DNA of 64,000 nucleotides from Amphiscolops sp. MND2022 (Eukaryota): NCBI GenBank assembly GCA_964187785.1, contig OZ076409.1, positions 91,700,001 to 91,764,000 of the forward strand, read 5' to 3'. Shown piece by piece: positions 26,601 to 38,600 of this stretch (position 1 is its first letter; each line of letters starts with the position of its first letter). The notes under the pieces were generated by a model. It saw only the letters and a program-made list of their open reading frames with translations, ran no database searches and was not told where the DNA came from. The position numbers and the translations under genes were made by a program.

Positions 26601-29600
26601 TGTATTGATATGTGATGGGTGCAACATTTTTTTCCAGCGCGAATGACGATTGCTCTTGCATTTACTCAACAGCTATCAGCTTGTGAGGCTACGATTATTT
26701 TTTAACCGAAACTGAGTCGCCTGACACGTTTGTTTTAAACTATTTTAAACAGCAGTAAAAAAACATGTTTTAAACAATAACGAAAAAAAAAAACATTTTT
26801 TTCACGTAGCTATGCCTCGCACCAAAGAAAAATCTAAAACCTGAAGAGTTCCGACAAGGCATCCCTAGTCGAAACTGCCGTGACGTTTTACATGTTGCAG
26901 GCATGCACGCAGGGTAATTTTTTATAAAACATAGAAAATTCAGACTGCGCGCAGGGAAAAAAACTTGTAAAAATAGACTGCAGCATGGAAAATCCTGGCA
27001 GCATTTCACTGCGCGTTGAAAAAAAGTCGCTGCAACTTGAAAAAAATTGAAAAAAGTCCCTGCATTATTTTTTCGCGTACGTCAGCGCAAGCGTAATAAC
27101 ACGTTAAAAACTTCCTCAACATTATAACTAGGCTAGGGTGCACAGACAAAAAGGCCACAGACAAAAAGGCTTCCAGACAAAAGGGCCAAAAAACACAGAC
27201 AAAAGGGCCACAGACAAAAAGGCCAAAAAAGCAGACAAAAGGGCCAAAAACCAAAGTTATATTTTAACTGTTTTTTCAATGAAAAAATTGTTTTTTCAAT
27301 GTAATAAAACGGATCTGGAACTTGATTTATTTGAAGACGTTAGCATATTTGTTGTATGGCTCGGTCGCTTCGCTCCCTTCGCCAAGTAGCAACATTGAGG
27401 CATGGCCATATGGCACGTCGCTCCGCTTCGCTTCGCTCCTGCATTTAGGGCACTAGGGGTATGTGAACATTGCTGACTACGTTATAATAATTGAGCTTTT
27501 AATTAAAATTATTTTGGCCCTTTTGTCTGCTTTTTTGGCCTTTTTGTCTGTGGCCCTTTTGTCTGTGTTTTTTGGCCCTTTTGTCTGGAAGCCTTTTTGT
27601 CTGGACACGCTAGGCTAGAAATAATGATTTTTCTCTAAAATTGTCTGGAAAGCTGAAACCTCTACTAATATCATATGAGTTGTATAGAAAACTCTAGCCC
27701 TGCCTCGCATTCACTACAAGGCCTTATCGGAAATTCACGGAAAAATTTGCCGTTTTTTCAGGCTATTTTTCACGGTAAATTGTGAATTTTTCATACACTA
27801 AAAACAGATATTTGATAAAATACGAAAAGTTGCATTTTCCATCTTCGAAATCTCACACGTTGTGGTTCATCAATTTTACTCCTGAATCTGAAACTTCATT
27901 GAATAAATGTTTGATCTGCCGAAGAAGTTGATGCCAAGTATTTCGATTTTCCTATAGAAAAATCAATGCCATTTTCTTCTTTGAAGCCATTTTTTTAAAG
28001 AGCACCTCTTGAAACACGCTGAGATAAAACCATTTAAAAACACGCTATTTTGCGCGGAAATACATGCCGCGAATTTTTGACAGCTCTTTTCACTACTTTG
28101 ATGAAGTCATAGTTTCTCGAAAGCTGTTTCCTACTCGGTTGAAAAGGTGTGATTCGAATCACTTTATCTCGTTTATTCAAGCAACAAATGTTATTCAAGA
28201 CTTAGATGCTTTCAGTAAAATGCGCTGTATTGGCAAAATTCAAAAATTCGAATTGTTTTTAAAAGATCGGTTTCTCGATATATCTTTAAAATAAAATTAA
28301 GATATTTTTATTGAATGTATCTATCTGAATGAAATAAATTTTTCTGGAAATTTTTTAGAAGCCTTTTCAAACCGTGGATTTATTACCAATTTTTGATGAT
28401 TTATAAAACGAGTTTCCAAATGTATGTATTTTTGTTCTGCAAGGCCTTACTAGGCAGAATGAAAAGCGCTCTCTGTCTCTTGATAGTATCTTGATACAGT
28501 AGAATCCGCCTTATTCGTATCACTGGGGACCGAATAGAATAGTACGAATAGTGAGAAATACGAATTAACCGGATGATATTACTTTCGTCTTCGCGAAATG
28601 GGGGTCTCAAATTTATACGAATTAAACGAAGATCCGAATTATCCGGATACGAATTAACCGGAGTTGACTGTAATAGCTATTTTCAAATGTCCGATATTCC
28701 TAAATAGGAATGCCCTAAATCAGAAAAAATTACTATCGTAGGACTAATTAAATACTTTCAATTCTAATTTTTTGTGCTTATTCAAGTTATTACATTTTCC
28801 TCGCTTGAACGAGTTCGAATGACTTTATCTTCTATTCTTTATAAAGTAATCACATCATCGTTTTTAAACATGCATCATAAAGAAGTTTCGTGCATCAAGA
28901 AGGTTATCATCAAAGTTTTGACATCGCAAATTAGCGATTTAGCGAATTAACGACAGCGCACGAATTTTTCATTGGCAATTCAAATTAGCGACTACTAATT
29001 GAACGTCCAAGGTCAAAATTTCCTCAGTGTATATATGGGGTTTCAAAAAGATATTCGAAAAATTCGAACTTATACCCTTGTAAAACCCACACAGTATGAA
29101 AAATTCCAGTCTTTTTTGTCTCGCAAAAACTAATTCAAGTTATCATTCAATGTTAAAATATACTTGAAGTCAAACATCCGATGGTTTGGAGAAAAAGTTT
29201 TGAGCGAAATAGCGAATTTGAAGTTAGCGGTTTAGCGATTAGCGATGTCAAAACCGTCGTTATCGTGCTTCTGAGGATCTAGTCCGTGCCTATTTGTTGG
29301 TCTGTGTCTCCGAAGAGACCAGACTGTCTTTGATTTTCCACCGCATTTGACAGCCCCCTCCGCGATGATCTGTGTCGTCTCGGTAATAGGAGGTCCACTG
29401 GTTGGCCACCGCACACAGCAACTGTTTCGCCCCTCCCCCACATTGTCCGGCGTCCCCGTCAGCATACCAATTGTAGCACAGCTGTGTGTTTAGCAGCCAC
29501 GCTGGAGCATCCAGGGGTACCTGGATTGATTGATTATACGCAGATGGTAAAAGCACAAGAACGTGTTGTTAAGTTCGAAAGAATTTTTAGTCGGCGCTTT

Positions 29601-32600
29601 TCTAGCGGCTAGTTTACCCGACTATTACAGTGGCTAGTTTTTTCGTCAGAGCAAAGAGCTCACCCTGTATGTACCTTGTCTTTGTTGTACATTATGCACT
29701 CTTACCATAAGTACTTAGTACTTCTTTTTCAATGTCTCCAAAAGGCTTCAACTTTTTTGATGTTTTGCAACTAAGTGGATTTTCAAAAAGCCCAAACGGT
29801 CCCCCTTCTACAATTTTAAAAACTTTGCGCTTTTTGAGCCCTAGATATAGCGCCGACTTTAGACGTTCCTGTCTTGTTAAGAGGTGCACCGGACAGGACT
29901 GATTAAAACTGGATACCGACCGGACCGGACACTATCCTCAACTATAAGCGATGACGGACTGTTTTTGGAATTGGACAAAGAGTGTAATGAAACACAAAGT
30001 AGGCATTTATTCCAAAATGATGGGAAAGTATTATATTTTTATCAACACCAAAATGCTGGATTTTTTTAAACAAGCCGGGACCGGCCCAAGTCGGCGCCAT
30101 ATCTAAGGCTCAGAAATAGCAAAAGACTTCCAAGTGTCAAGTATTCTCTTTTACAGTACTCGAAAATCAAAAATTTTACGAAAAAAAAATTTTCGAAAAA
30201 AATGCACTCAAAAAAATGGACCGAATGGCGCGCCGGGGCCCACTAGCGCGAGCCCCTGGCGCGCTGAAAGGGGGACACTTCCGAAATTGTCAACATTTTT
30301 GTCGCAGTTGAAGGGGTTTTGTCGCAAAACATCAAAAAATTGAAGGGGAGAAAAATTTTTATTTTCGGAAAAAAATCTCACAGTGCCGAAAAAAACTGAA
30401 AGGGGGGACCCTTTGGGATTTTCCAACATCCATTCTGTCGCAAAACAGCAAAAAAATGAAGGGGGGCCCTTTGGGGAAAAATTTTCCGGAAAAAAGTCTC
30501 GCAGTGCCGAAAAAATTGGAAGTGGGGACCCTTTGGTCTCGCCGGGTATGGTATGTTACGCGGGAAAACAAGAAAAACCTTTTTGGTTCAGTTCGCTAAA
30601 CCAAATAGTGCAATTTGGTGCAATAATATTTTGTAGAACTTTCGTAGAACTATTTTGGTCAGTTCGTGTGGATTGAAAAAAAAGAAAAGCCACTATAATA
30701 GTCGCGTTTCACTTCATGAAGCGCCGACTAAAATTGAGAATTTCGGTTGTTTCAAGATATGCGATCATTTGTCAAGATATTTCTCCGGCGGGATATTTTC
30801 CTGAAATCTGGTCCGACCTTTGGTTTTTTCAGCCAGTAAACAAAAAGGAGTGCAAGATCTCATTACAGACCAAATTTCAAATGTAAAAACTCTGCTAACT
30901 GCTGTTTTTTGCAGTAAAACTCAGTCAAATGCATCGTGAACGAATTCAGTCTTCGCTATATATAAAACATAGAGAAATGCCCGTCTTCGTGATGAGAGAA
31001 AATTAAAATGTTCGATTTTTTGGCAGTATACAAAAAGTTTCGCTGCATTCGAAAACAAGCCGGGAACGGCGCCAGGTTAAAAACCTTGTTTTTCAAATAT
31101 GCAAAGGGACAGTATTGTGAAAATTTTATCGAATTTACAGCTCCAAAAAATACCCTAAGGGATACCATAAAACTCGAAAAACTCTTAGAAGGAATTTAAA
31201 TCGCTTTTGAATTTTAAACAAGTTACGAAGATATAACTTATCGAAATTTGCTTATAGAAATTTGTCAATTCGCCGGTCTTAAAAAAAGCTACTGCTGTAG
31301 TCGGGTCTTCTCTTCGAGAAGCGCCGGCTAAAAACTAAATTTGACAGCAGTGTTTGGTGGAAGGAAGGTTCAACCTGAAGCAGTGTTGGCTGATTTAAAT
31401 CACTTGATTTAAATCAACAGTAAAAATCCGATTTAAATCAAGATTTAAATCAAAGCCTTTTTAGTTGATTTATTTTTAGTGTTATTTGTATATAATGAAG
31501 GACACTATTCAGTGCATCCTGAGCTGTTAACCCTCAACGGCGGACCTGGAGAGAATTTTTTCAACCTAAAGTTGGGTACACTCCAAGGAGTGCAATCGCC
31601 TAGGAGTGGAAAAATCAGCAAAGATGGTTTTCGTTCTGAAAACCTTGAACATGTCCCGATGATTGTGAAATATTATATTATGCTTTCTAAGTGTATCATC
31701 TGAATTATGAAGGGTTGCACAGGAAAATGTTTTCAAACTAACACTGTAGGTGACCCTCAAGTGACTTTGATTTAAATAAAAAAAATCCGATTTAAATAAA
31801 AAAAATCCGATTTTTTGATTTTTTGAATAAAAATCCAATTTTTTTCCAACACTGACCTGAAGTTGCCATGACATTTGGCAGCCTCCGCCTCGACTGTCGG
31901 TGTCATCTCGGTAGTAGTCGGTGTACGAGTTGACCGGAGCACACAGAAGTTGTTTGGCCCCTCCCCCGCATTGTCCACCGTCTCCGTCTGGGTGGTATCT
32001 AAGCAACGTCACTCGCCTTCAGTTCAAGCAGAGTTTTGGTACCACTAATTAGCGATTTTTTGGCGATTTTATCAGCGATTCAAATTAGCGGCAACTAATA
32101 CATTGTCCAAATTCGAAATCATTTCTGAGTTTAGACGATGTTTCAAAATGATTTTCAAAAATTTCAAATTCTTACCCTTGTGAATCCCACACAGTGTAAA
32201 AAATTCTAGTCTTTTTTTCTTGAAAAAAATGAATTGAGTTATCGTTTAATTTTGAAACATACTTGAAGTCAAACCTTTAATAGTTAGCAGGATAAAAAGC
32301 TTTTCAGCGAAATAGCGATTTTGAATTTAGTGGTTAAGCGATTAGCGTAAAAAATTTGCGATGCCAAATCCCTAAGTTCAAGATCAGAATCTGATTACAA
32401 TTACTCGTAAATTTGGAATCTTGTCCTTCAGTTGAGATTTTAGTTTTTTGTGATATCAATGTGACAGTTCTTTGCAATGTGGGTTTTTGACTTCTACACT
32501 CTCATTTCGGAGACATGCTTTCTCTTCTGATTTTATTCGCTTATCCACTTTGACGAGAAAACTTACGAATTGTATGCATCCATTTAACTCATTTCTCGCT

Positions 32601-35600
32601 CAAAAAACATTTCGTTCAAAAGTATGGATAAGCGAATGAAATGAAAATGTAGAAGCCAAAAACATGATACGTGGACTACATTACTGAAAAACGTGGGTAT
32701 GTGTACCTGAAACAAACTTGCACTTTGTCAAACCAGCTGTCTACAAAATCGGGTGCCTTGATGCCCCAGCTCATGCGACAGCCTCCCGGTCTGTGGTCTG
32801 TGTCGTCCCTGTAGTAGTGCGTGTACTCGTCTGGGTGTGCACACAAGGGGCTGGGCGGTGCCGTGCATTGGCCTCCGTCCCCATCAGCGTAGTACCTGAA
32901 ACAAGTCTCATATTACACATGGGTTCTTTTCGGCCCCTCAACCATCACCAATTTTTTTAAAAAATTAGTGCAAATGTTAGCATGCAAAGACTTCAAAACT
33001 AAAACCAAAAACCTTAAAAGTTAAATGCATTTCCAGATTGACAGTTTGGGATCCTGGTATAGACTTTGTTCACACTTTTCTCCTCATGGAAAAATCAATA
33101 ACTTCCTGTTTTGTGGCCCTGAAATTAGATGAAATTACTCGACATTGAGGTCCCACAACTCAAGATTTTCTGGGCTTCATTTCCTAACAAGCTATGTTTT
33201 TTGACACTCAATCAGGTTAAGGCAAAGGAGTCCCTTTTAGGCCGTTTTTGACACTGTGATGCTAGCTGTTTTTTGTGTGTATTTCACTGTAAAGCAAAAT
33301 CTCCAGAAGGCCAGAGGGTCCCGTTTGTATTTCTTTGGAACTATGATCGTATGGTGGAAATGTTACTGTTTTTGGGTAAATTGGCAACCGATTTTTTGAG
33401 GAGAATAGCGATTTTCTTTTGAAAGTATTCGAGAAGTCATACGTAAGATGTACAGTAGACTTGCCGTTTCGTATCTAGGAGTTTTTATAGGTTCTACACA
33501 GAGTTGTCCAATTGTGATAGCTTCGGGTGAATAACTAGTAGAAAATTTGCTGAACCATCCGTTTATTTCTTTTTTAAAAACGTGTTATGGTATTTAATTA
33601 AAATATACAGTGGATCCCGGATATTGAAAATCCGCTGATAATAAAGTTCGATTAAAAGAAACACCACTAGTCGTTTCGCTGACGTTGGTTTTATCCGGGA
33701 TCCATTGCGTTAATCCCCTTTCTAGAATATGAAACTTACCTGTAACACAGTTGGATCTCCCTCCACCAAGTTTCGGGTGTCAGTTGGAAAGAGACAGTGT
33801 CCCCTAGCTGGGTGACTGCTTCGTGATCAGGAATCTCTTTCTGGGATTCCTTTCTGACTTGTGCCTGAAGTGATTTTATCATAGTCGTGTTTCCCCACTC
33901 GTAGCGAATCAGCGCACTTTGCAAGAGTCGGCTCATTTCACCGAGATACGCTTTATCAAGGTGCGCTTGAACTGCGAGTTTCATCGAGTCTTGTTTTGCA
34001 GTGACATTGATCATTTCCCAGATGGGCAGCAAGGAACCGCCGAAAATCCATGGGTTCTCCGGTACTGTTGGCTGCCATTTAGGGAGACCATCGGCTTGCA
34101 AAAGGTTTGTGTCACCGCCATAGTACATGACAAAGGAGTTTGTGTTTTTCGTGAATTCCTCGTCGACTTGGAACGTGGATCCGTCATAACCCCCATCAGC
34201 TTTTAGCAAATTGAAAAAGGAACCTGTCGCTTGCACATTCATGTCTTTCTCGGTATGTGTCAAGTAATATTCACTGTCCGTTTCAAAGTAGTTGCGAATG
34301 TATCCTCCGAACTTGCCTTTTGAGAAATAGTGGGTTCCGAATATCGAGATGAATTCATAGTATGGAGCTGGAGAATCGACGAACGTTTCGGGAAGGTTGT
34401 CTACAAAAATTTGTCCGTAATGGTTTAACCCCAGAATGACAGACGGAGCAAAAACTGCCTGGGTTGTAGAAACGAAAGAAAAGACATCAGTGATTTCTCT
34501 CGACTTGTTGGAAATAGCTTCATTCATGGTTTTGTAGCTAGCGCTGGACGAAAACATTCCGTTGGTGAGTCCTACTCCTGCGTTTGCACTCATTTTATTT
34601 TTAACATCGGTATAGCTCTTGTATACCTTGGTTACTGCGTTCAACCAACCTCCGGGCACACTAACCATGCTCCAAATTTGGTCCGGCAGCTGGTAAACCT
34701 TCCCGTCATATGGATTTTTCCACACTTTTCCCTCATTGCATGTCAAGTCAATTACGGGTCCAGCGTATCCGTCGGGCTGACTGAAATCGAGTGGTTCCAA
34801 CGATAGCGCGGTGATGTCAACTCCCAATGCTAACCGGTTCAGTCCTGCAGGGATATTGTCGCAAACAGCCGCTTGGGTCTCTTCAACGAAAGCGATAAAG
34901 ACAAGTAGCAAAGCTAGTTGTCGCATTTTGTACTTGTTCAAACCAACTATACCGTAGCTTGCAGTTCTTGGTTGTGGATCGGCAAAACAAAACTCAATGG
35001 GGCCCTTCGATATTTAGGGGCAACAGTTAATGATCGTTATTTGCTCTTAGCACACATATTCGAATTGATGGTAACATTTGACATAAAGTGAGATCATTTA
35101 ATTTCGAATATTGAGTCTATATTTGGGTCTCAGTTCAAATGACCTCAGTTCGTGATCGAAGTGTTTACTGTTGTTGCCCTAGATATGCTGGGAATTCAGC
35201 GCTGAACTGAATTGGTTTTCAAAACTTTGTCTTAGGTTCTGAACATGTTTAGCGTTATCAATTAGCATTCCATTTCTGCCAGTTTTAAGCTTCTTTGCTT
35301 ATCTTTGGTCAAGCTTCTTTTGATATTGATAACAAAGTTAACATGAAAAATCGATAGGACCAAAAATTCTACAACGTTTCAAATCAATTAGGTTGTATGA
35401 TGTGACAAGTAAAGGCATTCTAAAAACATCAGCCATGAGCAATTCATTTAAAATTTTATTTTGAAAATCTGTCCGGGGATTTTGATTTTTTTTGTCAAAA
35501 GTAGAAATATCTTTGTGCGCCATATCGGCTCAATTTGTAAAAACATAGAATGTGTCAACAACATCTTTTATAAAGTATATAAAAGTGTTCGTCATTTTTC

Positions 35601-38600
35601 AGTTTTTTGTTGACAAAAAGACCTCCATGATGGTTAGTTATCAAAATAGTGCGCAATTTGTTAGACACTTTTATAATCTGTATATATTATCTTTGCAATT
35701 GATCCCTGTTTGTGTAGGTAGAGTAGCTGAAATTTATTTTATTTTCCGTCCATATTTCATATGGAAAAGGAAAATATTTATATCAAACGGTTTTTTTTAC
35801 AAAATTTGCCAAGAATTTATTTATATCAAAGCTAAAGGGTTTCACCCATAGAATTCAGCTGATGTAAAATTAGCATCATGCGGTATGTATTTGTAGAGAT
35901 TTTTGGACTTTTTTGGTTGACCCCGAAGACCCAAAAATGACCCGGAAATGGTAAAAACTGCAAAATTTTCCAATTTTTACCGTTTTTATGCAATTTTTGT
36001 CAAATTTTTGATAGATTTCGTGGCTTTGAATGTTGAAAGAGAGAAAATTCGTTATCCAATAGGCTTTTTCGAAGAGAAAAATGCAACTTTTTAAAGAAAA
36101 AAATGCCTCAAATGGCGATCGAAATTGAAAAAACTTCCAAAAAGTTCGGATTATTACCGTTTTTATGTAATTTTTGTCAAATTTTTGATACACTTGCTAG
36201 CTTAGAAAAGTAAAAACATTCAACAAGGAAAGATTTTGTTGTCCAAGAGGCGTCGTCGCAGTTATAAATGCAATTCGATTTGTAAAAATGCCTCAAATTC
36301 AGACCGAAAATGACAAAAATCCCAGAAACTTCAGATTTTTGACAATTTTATGCAATTTTTGTCTATTTTTCGAAAGACTTGGTGGCTTAGAATATCAAAG
36401 ACGTTCAACAAGGAAAACATCGTTGTCCGGGAGTCTTCTTTGAAGAGGTGAAAGCAATTTGTGCTGGAATAATGCATCAAATTCACACCAAAATTGACAA
36501 AAAAACTAAAAAGTTCAGTTTTTTGAAAATTTTATTCAATTTTTGTGTATTTTTCTAAAACCTTGGTGGCTTAGATTCTCACAGACGTTCAACAAGGAAA
36601 GAATTTGTTTTCCGAGGGCTTTTTTGAAGAGGTAAAAGCAATTTGTTCTGGAAAAATGCATCAAATTCAGATCGAAATTGACAAAAATACCAAAAAATTC
36701 AGGTTTTTGAAAATTTTATGCAGTTTTTGTGTACTTTTCGAAAAACTTGGTGGCTTAGAAAAATCAGACATTCAACAAGGAACAAATTCGTTGTCAGAGA
36801 GGCTTTTGTTAAGAAGTAGACAAAGTTTTCTATTGAAAAAAACGCACAATTTGCGACCAAAAATGACGAAAACTTTAAAATTTTTCACCTTTTTACGCAA
36901 CTTTTGTCGAATTTCGCAAGATTTCGTGTATCAAAACGTTGAATACGACCAACAGCAAATTATTTCGTTTACCAATAGGGTTGTTTGCGGAGATAAATGC
37001 AGTTTTGTATAAAAAAAAACATTGCAACAAGAACCACGAAATAGTCAACAAATCTTACTTTTTTTACAATTTTGTATTTTCCAACGCAACTTTTGTTAAA
37101 ACTTCAACTTTTTCATGGATCAAAACTCTGAAACAGTTCAACAAAAACTGAAGGCGTTCTACTGTAGGCTTTTTAATGGGATATGTGCCAGTTTCTGATA
37201 AAAAATTAAGCTTTAATTTGACACAAAAATTGTCGAAAAGTCCTAAAAATTCCAGTTTATGTAGGTTTTTCATGTTATTTGAGTATCAGCTTTGATTATA
37301 TAGGTAAGTTAGATGGTTCAAAACATTCCGAGGTGATAGAATCAAGTATGTAGTTTCCTTTCTGATGAGAAAATTACAGTGTTTTACGTTAGAAATTTTT
37401 CAAGTTTGTCGTTTTTCCTGCAGTTTGTGTTCAATTTTTGAAAGTTTCTGTGACCAAAAAAGTTCAAAACACTCAAAAACGATGGAACTAGCTATGCAGT
37501 TTGCTATTTTGAAGAGAGTTGCAGTATTTAGCTTCAAAAGTACTTCAAAAGTGGCCCTGGTTAGTCCTATATAAAAAGTCTAAATTCAACGTTTCTTATG
37601 CAAAGTTCCGTTTTTTTGAGAAGTTTCCATTGTTGAAAGAAAAATCCTCAAAAACGAACTAATGCGTTGTTCAGTAGGTTTTTTGCAGGTGAATTGCAGT
37701 TTCACGTTAGGAAAGAGTCTCCAAATGGCCCCAAAGTAGTCGAAAAAAGTTTTGACAGTTGTTTGACAAATTAGTGAATTTCTATTGGAAGTTATCAAAA
37801 TTTCGTAATATTCAAAAAGTCTACATTTTTTGAGTAGGCATGCAGAATGTCCAAAAAAGAAATCTACACTTGTGTATGCAAAAAGTTCGTCAGAATGATT
37901 TGAACTTTAGCGAAAATCCGTTTTTTTGAAATGTTGATATACTTTTATGTAAACGTTTCGAGCAATTTTGTAATTCACGAATGGGTGGACCCGTTATCCA
38001 AAAAGCGTTTTTGAAAAGACATCTACAGTTTCTTATAAAAGTTCCTCAAATGACCGCAAAGATGTCGAAAAGCCAAAATCTACAATTTTTGACATTTTTG
38101 GCAACTTCACGCAAATTTAAAGAAAAATTGATTGGTTAGGTTTGACACACAATCTGACGAAAAAAGAAATAGGTGTCTGGTGTCTTCTTAAAGTGTTTCC
38201 TTCTGAAATGGCATAACATTATTCAAAAAGTGTCAAACCTTTTTCCATCAAACCTCTAAGCGTTTTCATAGTGTAATGGCTACTCTTGAGTCTCAGAAAT
38301 ATGTCATTGCTTGAACAGTTAGGACGGAAAATATCCTGCTGGTCAGCGGGCGTCTTGTTAATTTGCAGTTTAATTTCAGGCTCAGACGATAGCAACCCAG
38401 CTGACTTGAACTTGGACAGTGACATAATCCACAGCTCAACCAGTTTGGTGTCCAACGAGTATTTCGCCCTGGTCAACAACTCAAATCAGAACAAAGTGAG
38501 TTCGAACTCTCGGGAAAACAGCGACGCTTCAGGAGGGCCATCTTCAACTTCATTTGGGACATCAGAAAACTCTGGCTCGAATTCTGTCTCTGGAAGTGGC

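Noticed and set aside
28911..32374. Two related MITEs flanking MACPF exons 3-4 as the cause of exon duplication
   Set aside because: Each copy has its own distinct TSD, so they are independent insertions; the exon repeats are far more diverged.
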